Source: Acidimicrobiaceae bacterium (lineage in GTDB: Bacteria > Actinomycetota > Acidimicrobiia > Acidimicrobiales > Palsa-688). Taken from it: 64,000 nucleotides of DNA. Positions within the stretch are counted from its first letter, which is position 1. The number at the start of each line of letters is the position of its first letter. Below the pieces are notes generated by a model that was given only the letters and a program-made list of their open reading frames with translations, ran no database searches and had not been told where the DNA came from. Below, piece after piece: positions 26,390 through 35,959 of the stretch. The translations under genes and the position numbers were made by a program. The stretch lies in contig PMHH01000109.1 in the NCBI GenBank assembly GCA_003156595.1, positions 7,168 through 71,167 on the forward strand. Reading direction: 5' to 3'.

Positions 26390-28798
26390 TTGGACGGTGA
26401 CCCGGGGCCCGACAGTCACGACGGGCCAGACCGCATCGTCTGGGACGATGTGCCGGAGGCCTCCCAAGCGACGCGGACCGGTCACGCCGCCCGCCAGCAC
26501 GGCCATCGGCGCCGGCGAAGCCGCAGGAGGACCCGTTCCCGGCTGATCGTCGGCCTTCTGGCCGCGGCATCAGCCGTCGGGGGCGCGCTGGCCGGGTGCC
26601 ACCCGACGGGCACGGCAGGCGTCGATGCCGTCTACAGCGCCCTGGTGGCAATCGCGGTGACCCTGGCCGCCAGCCGAGCGTCACGTGCCACCTTGCTCGT
26701 GCTGACGGCGGTGGCGGTGGTGATGAGCCGAGGGTGGCTCCTGGCCCCATCTGGCGCGGCCCTGGTGCTGGCGTTCGGGGGCGTGTTCCCCCGCCGCGCC
26801 CGCCGGCGCCTAAATGCGTTGATCGGGGCGGTGGCCATACAGGTGGTGTTGCGCTGGCCTCCGGTCGGCTTTCACGGATCGACGGCGCTCGTCGCGATAG
26901 GCGTACTCTTTCCCCTTCTCTACTCGGCGTGGCGGCGCCAGAGCCCCGCCCGGCGCCGGACGACAGCCGTGGTCGCCGGGACGCTCCTCGGGCTGGCGGC
27001 GCTCTTCACCGGCCTGGTGGCGCTCGGCGGCCTGCTCGCCCGACCCCAGGTGGCCCGCGGTCTGACCGCGGCCCGGGCCTCCCTCCACCAGCTGGACAGC
27101 GCCAGCACCAGCACCAGCACCCAGTCCACCGTCGCCCAGCTCCGCGCCGCCAGCGTGGCGTTCGGAGCCGCTCACTCGAGGGCGGGCGCCTGGTGGACAC
27201 TCGGCGGGCGGCTGGTGCCGGCGGTCGCCCAGCAACGCCAGGCGATGGCCGCGGCCACCGACGCCGGCTACGACCTGGCCGCAGTCGCCTCCCGGGAGAC
27301 CGGCCAGCTCGATCTGGCCGGTCTCCGCTACCAGGCCGGCCAGATCAATCTGGCCGCTATCCGCGCCGCGGGCCCGCCGTTGGCCGACCTCGACGAGCAG
27401 CTGGCCGAAGCGCAGGGGCGGCTCGCCGGCATCCGGTCCGCCTGGCTGGTCGCCCCGGTCGGCGTCCGGCTCGACCACCTGGCCACCGAGCTGGCCCAGG
27501 CGCACAACAGCGCGGATCTGGCGGTGGCCGCGGTCAAGGCCGGGCCGGACATCCTCGGCGGTGACGGGGTCCGCCACTACTTCGTCGCCTTTATGACCCC
27601 GGCCGAGACGCGCGGGCTCGGCGGGTTTATCGGCGTCTACGCGGAGCTCACCGTCGGCCAGGGCCGAATCAGCTTGAGCCGGGCCGGCCAGATCAGACAA
27701 CTCAACACCGCGCTCAGCACGGTCAATCCGCAGCTCACCGGAGTGCCCCAGTACCTGGCCCGCTACGGATCGTTCGACCCTGCCACCCACTTCCAGGACG
27801 TTACCTACTCGCCGGACCTGCCGACCGTGGCCAAGGTGATCACCGAGCTGTACGCCCAGGCCGGCGGCGGCCCAATCGACGGCGTGCTGGTACTGGACCC
27901 GCAGGCCCTGGCCGCCCTGCTCACCATCACCGGACCGGTCACCATCGCTGGGCTGCCCGAACCCTTGACCGCCACCAATGCCGCTGACGTCCTGCTGCGC
28001 CAGCAGTACGCCGATCTCCCGGCTCTCGGCGGCAACGTCGTGCGCCACGACCTGTTGCAGGACGCCCTCCAGCAGGCGTTTGCCAAGCTGTCCACCGGCT
28101 CGCTCCCCGGCCCAGCCCGACTGGCCGACCTGCTCTCCCCCGAAGTCCGCCAGGGCCGACTGCTCTTCTGGAGCAACCATCCCTCCGAACAGCCTTTCCT
28201 CCTCCGCCTCGGCCTGGCGGGGGCGTTCCCTCAGCCCGGACCGGGAAGCGACGTCCTGGCCGTCACCATCGCCAACGCCGCCAACAACAAGATCGACGCC
28301 TACCTACACGAGCAGATCAGCGACGCCGTGCGCTACGACCCGACCACCGGACAGGTGGACGCCACCGTGACGATCGCCCTGGACAACACCGCGCCGGGCG
28401 GCGGCCTGCCGGACGAGATCATCGGCAGCTACCCCGGCAGCGGCCTACCCCTGGGGACCAACTTCCTGTGGCTCTCGGTCTACAGCCCGCTCGGCCTCAC
28501 GGGGGCAGCCGCGGCCGGGCAGGTGGTCGGATTCTCGCCCGGCACCCCAGAGCTCGGCGTTCGCGCCTACAGCACCTTCGTGAGGGTGCCGGCCCAGTCG
28601 ACCAAGACACTCGTGATCACCCTCGCCGGCACGGTGGCGCCCGGTCGCCGCTACCAGATGACCCTCCGGCTCCAACCGCTGGCCTACACCCCCTCTATGT
28701 CGGTGTCCGTCCAGCCCCCGGCCGGCGGCACGCCGATCAGCTGGACAGCAGGCAACGAGATGGTGCAAGAGCACATTTGGAAGAACGTAAAAGATTAG
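26390..28798 (+). CDS. DUF4012-domain membrane protein (associated with actinobacterial surface-glycan loci)
   Basis: It has N-terminal TM helices, then HYFVAFMTPAETRGLGGFIGVYAEL and GVLVLDPQALAALLTITGPV, which I recall as DUF4012 signatures. The start is uncertain: TTG 26390 or GTG 26447. Confidence 0.7.
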   Translation: MDGDPGPDSHDGPDRIVWDDVPEASQATRTGHAARQHGHRRRRSRRRTRSRLIVGLLAAASAVGGALAGCHPTGTAGVDAVYSALVAIAVTLAASRASRATLLVLTAVAVVMSRGWLLAPSGAALVLAFGGVFPRRARRRLNALIGAVAIQVVLRWPPVGFHGSTALVAIGVLFPLLYSAWRRQSPARRRTTAVVAGTLLGLAALFTGLVALGGLLARPQVARGLTAARASLHQLDSASTSTSTQSTVAQLRAASVAFGAAHSRAGAWWTLGGRLVPAVAQQRQAMAAATDAGYDLAAVASRETGQLDLAGLRYQAGQINLAAIRAAGPPLADLDEQLAEAQGRLAGIRSAWLVAPVGVRLDHLATELAQAHNSADLAVAAVKAGPDILGGDGVRHYFVAFMTPAETRGLGGFIGVYAELTVGQGRISLSRAGQIRQLNTALSTVNPQLTGVPQYLARYGSFDPATHFQDVTYSPDLPTVAKVITELYAQAGGGPIDGVLVLDPQALAALLTITGPVTIAGLPEPLTATNAADVLLRQQYADLPALGGNVVRHDLLQDALQQAFAKLSTGSLPGPARLADLLSPEVRQGRLLFWSNHPSEQPFLLRLGLAGAFPQPGPGSDVLAVTIANAANNKIDAYLHEQISDAVRYDPTTGQVDATVTIALDNTAPGGGLPDEIIGSYPGSGLPLGTNFLWLSVYSPLGLTGAAAAGQVVGFSPGTPELGVRAYSTFVRVPAQSTKTLVITLAGTVAPGRRYQMTLRLQPLAYTPSMSVSVQPPAGGTPISWTAGNEMVQEHIWKNVKD

Positions 28799-28936
28799 AG
28801 CCGCGTGAGATCCCTTCACATGGACGGTAAGGGGCAATGCTCGACATCAGGGTCCGAATGGGGCTACGCTGGCAATGAACTCAGAGGCGGTTGGTGCCGG
28901 CCCGGAGTTTGTGCCGTCGAAGAGAGGTAGCAGCCA

Positions 28937-29479
28937 GTGCGATACAGAGCGGCCAGATGGTATATGGGCCCGGTACTCGCCGCGGTGTCCGTTTCATTCG
29001 TCTTCGGTATCGGCATCGGAGCGGCGTCGGCGACCTCGATCACGGCCGCCTACGGACCGACGGCGTGCTCACCGACGATCACCGTCACTCCCAACCCGGC
29101 AGCTGCCGGCTCCGTGGTGACGGTCGTGATCACGGGGACATGCGACAACGACACGTTCACCGTCACTTTGTCGAATGGCGTCACCATCTGCACCGTCACC
29201 ACCAATGCAGTCGGAACCGGAAGCGGCACCTGCACGGTCCCGTCGAGCACCACGACCGGCGCCTACGACGTCCTCGTGGCGGACGCCCACGGTAACTCCA
29301 CCTCCGCTGCCATCAGCGTGGCCGGGGTGACCCCTGCCGTCACGACGGCTACTACGGCTCCGCTGGCTTTTACCGGTACGGACGCCGTGGCGACATCCGC
29401 GCTGGGTGCGGGCGTGTTATGCCTCGGCGGGCTGCTGGTACTGGGCAGCCGCAAGCGGCGTCGGAATACGCTCGTCTGA
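28937..29479 (+). CDS. Cell-wall-anchored surface protein with an LAxTG sorting signal
   Basis: It has a signal peptide, a Thr/Val-rich body, and a C-terminal LAFTG + hydrophobic helix + RKRRR. Confidence 0.75.
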   Translation: MRYRAARWYMGPVLAAVSVSFVFGIGIGAASATSITAAYGPTACSPTITVTPNPAAAGSVVTVVITGTCDNDTFTVTLSNGVTICTVTTNAVGTGSGTCTVPSSTTTGAYDVLVADAHGNSTSAAISVAGVTPAVTTATTAPLAFTGTDAVATSALGAGVLCLGGLLVLGSRKRRRNTLV

Positions 29480-29637
29480 GCGGGTCCACGACAGTTCGCT
29501 GGGCGCGTGGAGCACGAGCCTGGATCGCCCATCTCGCCCCAGCTGCGAGCTACGATTCCTGGCGATCCCGCGGAGGGCGCTGTGCGCGCCCTTGGGCTGC
29601 GGTCATGAGCTGTGTAGGGAAGGACGCCTGATCGCCT

Positions 29638-31557
29638 GTGGATGAGCTAGTCGCGGCAGCGCAACCGGATCTGCGCGAGTACCTACAGGTCCTTCGCCGC
29701 CGCAGATTGGTCATCGGCTCAACCGTGGTGGTCGTCGTGGCGCTGGCGCTCGCCTACTCGCTGCTGGCGAAGCCCATCTACACGGCCAGCGCCACCGTAC
29801 TCTTGCCCGAGCAGCAGATCAGCTCGGCGCTCAACCCACAGGATGCTCAGCTGCCCGCCTCGGCCTCGCTCCAGCGGGCGCTGGCCGACGAGCAGGAGTT
29901 CGCGCAAGGCCAGGCCACCAAGCAGGCGGCCACCAACACCCTCGGTTACCAGGCGACCATCGCCGTGTCGGCCTCCTCCACCGCGGACGTCCTGACCTTC
30001 ACCGCGCACAGCGGCGACAAGAAGCAGGCCGCGGCGATCGCCAACGCCTACGCCAACGCCTACATCTCGGCCGATCGGGCCAACGAGGTACAGACCTACA
30101 CCCAGCAAGTCACCGCTTTGCAGACGAGCATCACCAAGCTCCAGGCCCAGGCCAACGCCCTTTCCGCCGCCAACCCTCAGAAGGCCGCCCTACAGGATTC
30201 GGTGACATCGCTGACCCAGACCCTGCAACAGCTACAAGCTGGCAGCCAGTTGGTCACTCAGGCTGGACCGTCCGTGGTGGATGCGGCGACGCCGCCTTCC
30301 TCGCCATCGTCGCCGAAACCGGTCCGCAACGGCCTTCTCGGGCTGGTGCTTGGTGTCCTCCTAGGCACCGGTATGGCCTTCCTGGTCGAGCGCCTCGATG
30401 ATGGGATCAAGTCCCGACAAGACGCAGAGAGCGCCGGCCGCGGCCTGCCAGTCCTGGGGCTCATCCCCATGGTCGACAGTTGGAAGGCACGTGGGTCCGC
30501 CCATCTGGCCTTGGTCGAAGACCCGAACTCCAATGCCTCGGAGGCCTACCGGACACTGCGCACGTCGATCCAGTTCCTTAGCATCGACGAGCCCAAACAC
30601 GTCTTGGGGATCACCAGCGCCACCCCAGAAGAGGGCAAGACCACGACGGTGGCCAACTTGGCGGTCAGCTTCGCCCGGGCCGGCAGCCGGGTGATCGTGG
30701 TCTCCTGCGACCTGCGCCGGCCTCGACTCCACAACTTCTTCGGGGTGGACAACGCCGAGGGCTTCAGCTCCGTCCTGCTCGGGCAGACGTCGCTCAACGC
30801 GGCGGTACAGGCGGTCCCCGACGAGTCCAGGCTGCGCGTCATGTCGTCGGGGCCCATCCCCCCGAATCCGGCGGAGGTACTGTCGCTCGACCGGGCGCGT
30901 GAAGTGATCGACACGTTGGCAGAGAATTCCGACATCGTCCTGATCGACTGCCCCCCCGTCCTTCCAGTCACCGATACCCTCCTTCTCTCCCGTCTCGTCG
31001 ACGGCATGCTGGTTGTGGCCTCGGCGAAGACCACGTCCAAGCGGGACCTGCACCGCACCGTCGAGTTGCTGCATCAGGTTGGAACGCCGGTACTCGGCCT
31101 GATACTCAACCGCGTGCCACAGGGCGGTGGTTATGCCTATGGCTATGGTTACGGGTACGGCTATTACGGTCGTTACGACCTAGACAACGCGACCGACGCC
31201 ACCCCGGTCAACGCCCGACCCGAACCCGAGGAGCCGCTCACCCCGTTCCTCTCAGCGCGGTCGCAAATCCGCACCCACCAGTCGCGGCCGACGCAACCCG
31301 CAACCGATTGGGCGTCCGAGCCTCCCGTGCCGCCTACCTCCGTGGGCGACGCTCCCGCCAATGGCAGCGGCTCCGACATCTCATCTCCTCACCAAGCTGG
31401 CGACCCGGCAACGGCTCGCACGACGGAATCGCGGTCCGACGTGGTTAGCAGCCTTAACCATGCGATCTATAACGAACACGGTGAGGGCAACGGCACTCTC
31501 CCTAAGGGTCCGGCGCCTTCACTGCCGCCGGGCGTTCCTCTCGACGAGCCGCTCTAG
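29638..31557 (+). CDS. Polysaccharide co-polymerase / BY-type tyrosine autokinase (Wzz domain fused to a CpsD-like kinase)
   Basis: It has two TM helices flanking a coiled periplasmic region. The motifs are Walker A TSATPEEGKTTT, A' VVSCDLRRP and B IVLIDCPP. The Tyr cluster is GGGYAYGYGYGYGYYGRY (about 31128-31176). A 127-aa Pro/Ser/Thr-rich tail follows. Confidence 0.9.
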   Translation: MDELVAAAQPDLREYLQVLRRRRLVIGSTVVVVVALALAYSLLAKPIYTASATVLLPEQQISSALNPQDAQLPASASLQRALADEQEFAQGQATKQAATNTLGYQATIAVSASSTADVLTFTAHSGDKKQAAAIANAYANAYISADRANEVQTYTQQVTALQTSITKLQAQANALSAANPQKAALQDSVTSLTQTLQQLQAGSQLVTQAGPSVVDAATPPSSPSSPKPVRNGLLGLVLGVLLGTGMAFLVERLDDGIKSRQDAESAGRGLPVLGLIPMVDSWKARGSAHLALVEDPNSNASEAYRTLRTSIQFLSIDEPKHVLGITSATPEEGKTTTVANLAVSFARAGSRVIVVSCDLRRPRLHNFFGVDNAEGFSSVLLGQTSLNAAVQAVPDESRLRVMSSGPIPPNPAEVLSLDRAREVIDTLAENSDIVLIDCPPVLPVTDTLLLSRLVDGMLVVASAKTTSKRDLHRTVELLHQVGTPVLGLILNRVPQGGGYAYGYGYGYGYYGRYDLDNATDATPVNARPEPEEPLTPFLSARSQIRTHQSRPTQPATDWASEPPVPPTSVGDAPANGSGSDISSPHQAGDPATARTTESRSDVVSSLNHAIYNEHGEGNGTLPKGPAPSLPPGVPLDEPL

Positions 31558-33121
31558 TTGGATCTCGGTGCGGCGCGAAGGGATACCACTCACTCCGCAG
31601 CCGTCGCCGGCCTCCTGCGTCGCGGCGCGGGTGAGGCGGAGACAAACGCGGAGCCAGGTTCCTGCCCCTGTCGCCGTTAACAAGAAACCGATAACCGAAC
31701 TCAATTGCCAAGATAACGATCACGGTCTTGTATAGCTGAATTGGCACGCCCTCCGAATAGAATCGGAGTGCTCCCTCGGCAAATAGCGCTAGTGCGACCG
31801 GCCAAGTGCACATCCGCCTCACAATAGAACGCCAGCCGAACGCCATTAAGGACATCGTTAGCACTGACACGACTACGAGACCTAACGTTCCACCGACCAG
31901 CAGGCCCAGCCCCATAACCGTCGGCGCACGGCCCTCTTGAATCGTCGAGCTCTCGGATACCCCAACTACATCCTCTGTAAAATACGTGGAGAGGCCGCTC
32001 GGCCGATAGATGTCGTACAGGCCCGTCGCGCTCAACGGCTTCTCCGCGGTCGCTGCCTCCATCACCGATCCAGACCCGCCGACCCGAATGAGCGTATGCC
32101 CGATCGACTGGTCGATACCAGCGGGCGACAATATGGCTGGCTTCGTTACCGCTACGCCGGTGGCAGTGACAACGTGCTGCGCCTCGAGTGCCTTCGACGC
32201 ACGCAGTTCGGTTAGGACCGGTGTCGCCACTAGATAGGCCAGAAGGCCGAACACCAAAAGAACCTTCCGAAACTTGGTGAATCGGCGGGTAACAATCCAG
32301 AGGAATAAAACCGGTAGACCGAAATAGAGCGCATCTCCTCGACTCGTCGACAAGTATGCATCAACCGCTGTCGCCATCGCCGTCCCAGCCACACACCACC
32401 ACATCTTCCGCCGGTCGTCCCTGGAATCGAATACCCAGATCCCCACCAGCAGGGCGCTCGGAAATAGGAACTGGCGATAGAATAGGGTGACGGCCACCAA
32501 GTGGAGCGGTAGCGCCTTGGGACGAATATCCAGCACCCCGAAGCCCTCGATCTTCTGGAAGATCGTAAATATCAGATCCCCGACACTCAACCACAATAGC
32601 AGCGCAACCAGACGACTAACCGTTCGGGACGTTGCCCTCAACGGAAACCGTGGACGGAGCGGCAGACTGGCCCAGACCACAGCAACGAGAGTGGAGAGCA
32701 AGAAAGAGAGCGTGATCAGCGTATAGGCATGTGCAATATCGCCCTGGGTAGCGAAGCTCAGTTCGGGGTCCTGCAGGGCGACGAATGACGTATTGGCGTT
32801 GACGTTATAATTAAGCAGGTAGGTCTGGAGCAAACCTCCGAGAACATATACCAAGATGATTCCCCAAGCCACAACAACCTGGTAAGACGGCCGATGGCGA
32901 AGAGTCCTGACCGCAAGAAAGAGCACCCCAAGGTTGATGAGGGTAAGGAGCGTCCAGTAGTCGATACCATCTACCAAACCCCCCCGGCCCACTACCGCGC
33001 CGATTGCAACCACGACCAGCAAGACCCAACTCCCCGCCGCGGCGAACGCCCGATTGTCGCTCTGCAGACCCTCGGCCCCCACAATCCACCGGTTGGCTCG
33101 CTGAAGCGCTCCTGATGCCAC
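31502..33121 (-). CDS. Polytopic membrane protein, putative Wzy-like glycan polymerase
   Basis: It has more than 10 predicted hydrophobic helices and sits between the BY-kinase and glycosyltransferase genes. No diagnostic motif was seen. The Arg-rich C-terminal ~60 aa is encoded antisense to the kinase tail. Confidence 0.45.
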   Translation of the reverse strand: MASGALQRANRWIVGAEGLQSDNRAFAAAGSWVLLVVVAIGAVVGRGGLVDGIDYWTLLTLINLGVLFLAVRTLRHRPSYQVVVAWGIILVYVLGGLLQTYLLNYNVNANTSFVALQDPELSFATQGDIAHAYTLITLSFLLSTLVAVVWASLPLRPRFPLRATSRTVSRLVALLLWLSVGDLIFTIFQKIEGFGVLDIRPKALPLHLVAVTLFYRQFLFPSALLVGIWVFDSRDDRRKMWWCVAGTAMATAVDAYLSTSRGDALYFGLPVLFLWIVTRRFTKFRKVLLVFGLLAYLVATPVLTELRASKALEAQHVVTATGVAVTKPAILSPAGIDQSIGHTLIRVGGSGSVMEAATAEKPLSATGLYDIYRPSGLSTYFTEDVVGVSESSTIQEGRAPTVMGLGLLVGGTLGLVVVSVLTMSLMAFGWRSIVRRMCTWPVALALFAEGALRFYSEGVPIQLYKTVIVILAIEFGYRFLVNGDRGRNLAPRLSPPHPRRDAGGRRRLRSEWYPFAPHRDPTRAARREERPAAVKAPDP

Positions 33122-33239
33122 CCCCCACAGCCTACCGCGGCCTTACGACCCGCTTCGGCCACGTGCTGAGGACGTATCTGCCGCCGATCCTCAGCTCTTA
33201 CCGCGCTTCACAAGTGATTCGGGCCTTCGAAACATTTCC

Positions 33240-34217
33240 TCATCTCCCCAAGAGGCCGGCCACGATGTCCGCCACACTGGACGACGCATCGTGCCAAGTC
33301 CGACCAAGGGCGCGTTCTTGAAGTCGCGCGACTCGCTCCGCCGTCCAACCACTCAGCGCCTGTTCCAATTCCGCAACCGCGGGCGTATCCACACTCAGGT
33401 ACGTCCCGCTCCTTCCAAGAACCTCGACGGCAACAGGCTGCTTCGGTGTTATTACGTCGCATCCAAAGTACGTCGCCTCGACATACGACAGCCCGAAACC
33501 CTCCGATGTGCCAAGCGCCAGAAACACGCTCGCCGATCTAAAGAGATCACCAAGATCGTCCCGACCGACATCGCTGTACAGCTCCAATGCATCTGAAGGA
33601 AACGCGCTCGACAAAGTCCGACTAGCGGAATCCGACAGGTTGACACCGATGACCGAGTATCTCGCCCGGGCCAACGAGCTTTGGGCCAGTAATGACGCCG
33701 CCACCTCATTACGCTTGTGATACGCGTTCCCAAGTAGCAGGATGCGGTGGGAGTCCTGGGGCGGCTGGACTGGGAATCCCTCGAATTGACCAGGGCCCAC
33801 CGGGATGACCACCACGCGATGGCGAGCTTTACCAATGTAGACAAGCTGAGCTGCCACGGCCTGGCTAACCGTTAGTATGACTTTTGACCTAGCAAGTGAA
33901 CGTTCAAGGTCTAGTCGTCGATAAAAGCGGCTAGCGTGAGACCGAGTCCACGCCCACCGGACATCGTGGACGAGCGTCACCACGTTCTCGGGAAGCCGTA
34001 AAGGTAATGGTGTGCCCGTAGAGACAACTACGTCCGCATCTGTCACGGTCAACAATCGTCGAACCACACTTGTCGAGCGCCCGAGCTGACCCACGGGAGT
34101 CGCAGTTACCTCCCACTCCGATCCGAGGTCTCTTTGCAACGATGAGCAGATCCCCTGGTGGACTGCTCCAGCACCAACAGTTACAGTGTGATAACCAACA
34201 ACTGCCAGCTTCGGCAC
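33240..34217 (-). CDS. GT4-family glycosyltransferase
   Basis: The E-x7-E region is SEGFGLSYVEATYFGCDVI, within a GT-B C-terminal layout. Confidence 0.75.
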   Translation of the reverse strand: MPKLAVVGYHTVTVGAGAVHQGICSSLQRDLGSEWEVTATPVGQLGRSTSVVRRLLTVTDADVVVSTGTPLPLRLPENVVTLVHDVRWAWTRSHASRFYRRLDLERSLARSKVILTVSQAVAAQLVYIGKARHRVVVIPVGPGQFEGFPVQPPQDSHRILLLGNAYHKRNEVAASLLAQSSLARARYSVIGVNLSDSASRTLSSAFPSDALELYSDVGRDDLGDLFRSASVFLALGTSEGFGLSYVEATYFGCDVITPKQPVAVEVLGRSGTYLSVDTPAVAELEQALSGWTAERVARLQERALGRTWHDASSSVADIVAGLLGR

Positions 34218-34292
34218 AGCAGGAAGGGTAGCAGGGCTTTCGTGTTGCGCGTAGATTTATCCGGAATTGGATCAAGGAGTATCACTGCAGCT

Positions 34293-35012
34293 ATGAGCGG
34301 CGTTCTCGTCATCCCCACTGAAGCCACACCGTACATCCTATTCCAGCGTACGGATTATCTAAGGCTACCTCGCATCCTGCCCTACCGGGTCATCCGGAAG
34401 GTTCTGCATCTGGGTTCCTTTAACCGTGTCGTTGCGCTCGAGGCTTGGCTCACGCCCAATCGAGCAATAGCGCTCTATCAGAAGGATATGGCGCGGGAAT
34501 ACGCCACTCTTGAGCCGTTCCTTCCTCCGTCGGCGCGAAAGATACTAGACATCGGATGCGGCGTCGCCGGGATCGATGTTTTCCTCTACCATCATTACCG
34601 GGATATACAGCCCACTTTCTATCTTCTCGACAGGACGCAAGTCGACGATCGCATCACGTACGGCTTCCGACGGAGATCATCCTTCTATAACTCGCTGACG
34701 GTCGCAGGTGAGGTTTTGCTCCGCAATGGTGTGCCGTCGGATGACGTTGTCCTCCTAGAGGCTACGGATGATAATCGTATCAGGGTAGAAGGCAGCGTCG
34801 ATCTAGTGATCTCCCTCATTTCATGGGGATATCACTATGAGCTTGACACCTACCTGCATCGAGTGCATGACCTCTTGTCGCCAGGGGGTCGTCTAATCGT
34901 CGATCTGCGGAAAGGGACTCCCGGTACGAAGCAATTGCGATCCCTCTTTGTTGATGTTGATTTGGTCGTCGCCACGGACAAGTACGAACGTGTCTGTGCG
35001 GTAAGGTCGTGA
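34293..35012 (+). CDS. Class I SAM-dependent methyltransferase
   Basis: An ATG at 34293 follows AAGGAG. The motifs are motif I ILDIGCGVAG, VDLVISL and LSPGGRLIV. Confidence 0.7.
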   Translation: MSGVLVIPTEATPYILFQRTDYLRLPRILPYRVIRKVLHLGSFNRVVALEAWLTPNRAIALYQKDMAREYATLEPFLPPSARKILDIGCGVAGIDVFLYHHYRDIQPTFYLLDRTQVDDRITYGFRRRSSFYNSLTVAGEVLLRNGVPSDDVVLLEATDDNRIRVEGSVDLVISLISWGYHYELDTYLHRVHDLLSPGGRLIVDLRKGTPGTKQLRSLFVDVDLVVATDKYERVCAVRS

Positions 35013-35046
35013 GCCGCGGGTCCGGCGGACTGTAACATAGCCGGCC

Positions 35047-35931
35047 ATGGCGGGAAGCCCGGAGAGTCCCAGAGCCAAGAGAACCGAGTCTATGACGCAC
35101 CGGCAGATACTTGCCGTCCTTCGACTCGAGTTGGACAAACGCCACCTCGAGAGTCCTACCATCCTTGATGTCGGATGCGGCAACGGGCGGCTTCTATCCG
35201 TCCTCAGCGCCCTGAAGCCGGCCAAACTGGCTGGATTCGACTCGGCCGACTACGGACTCCAAGATGATGCCATCATCGGACAGCAGGCCCCTACCGGTGC
35301 TGACGTACGACGCACGGGCGAAGATTGGTTGTGGCCATTCCCCGATGCCAGTTTCGACGTCATTGTCTCCAATCAAGTGGGAGAGCATGTCGCGGACCTG
35401 AACCTATTCGTGGCTGAGAATGCTCGGGTGCTTCGGCCAGGTGGAGTCGGGGTCCACGTCTTCCCGACGCGAGATATACTTTTCGAGGGCCACATGCATT
35501 TGCCGCTCGTGCATCGAATCAGGGATCATGATTTCAGGTCGTGGGTGATTACCAAGATGAGCGACTTCGGACTGGGAGTCTACCGAAAGGCTCTTCGGGA
35601 CGACCCCGACTTGACGACTTATGCGTTCGGTCAGGGGCAGGCCGACTATCTCCGGAAACACACTACTTATCGCTCATGGTCCGAGGTGGCGGCCGCGTTC
35701 GGGAGCGTCGACATGCGCGTCAGCTACCGTTACACGTCCATGCTGGTGCAGCGGGCCGCAGCGAGGACCATGTACCGTACATGGGAGGGACATGAGCTAC
35801 CGCCGCTATTGGAGAGCGCCCTGTTCCCCCTAACTCGTGCGATCGGCAGCGTCACATTCGTGGTAGAGGCCACCGACTCGTACCGACATATTTGGGCCCG
35901 GGTCGGCGGCGGAAAGCACTGCGACCGCTGA
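35047..35931 (+). CDS. Class I SAM-dependent methyltransferase
   Basis: The motifs are motif I ILDVGCGNGRLL, FDVIVSNQVGEHV and LRPGGVGV. Confidence 0.8.
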   Translation: MAGSPESPRAKRTESMTHRQILAVLRLELDKRHLESPTILDVGCGNGRLLSVLSALKPAKLAGFDSADYGLQDDAIIGQQAPTGADVRRTGEDWLWPFPDASFDVIVSNQVGEHVADLNLFVAENARVLRPGGVGVHVFPTRDILFEGHMHLPLVHRIRDHDFRSWVITKMSDFGLGVYRKALRDDPDLTTYAFGQGQADYLRKHTTYRSWSEVAAAFGSVDMRVSYRYTSMLVQRAAARTMYRTWEGHELPPLLESALFPLTRAIGSVTFVVEATDSYRHIWARVGGGKHCDR

Positions 35932-35959
35932 TGAGGCGCGATGTCATCAAGAGGAGCCG

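Noticed and set aside
25953-28180. Large antisense ORFs, for example 25953..26750 (-) at 265 aa and 26810..28180 (-) at 456 aa. Similar ones lie opposite the ALDH, flavoprotein and ABC genes.
   Set aside because: Their composition is dominated by Arg/Gly/Pro/Ala, they carry no motifs, and they lie exactly antisense to genes with clear domain signatures. This is expected in GC-rich DNA, where stop codons are rare.
31128-31176. A microsatellite-like GGNTAY tandem (ggttatgcctatggctatggttacgggtacggctattacggtcgttac).
   Set aside because: It is in frame and encodes the GYAYGYGYGYGYYGRY tyrosine cluster of the BY-kinase. It is not a non-coding repeat or a CRISPR-like element.
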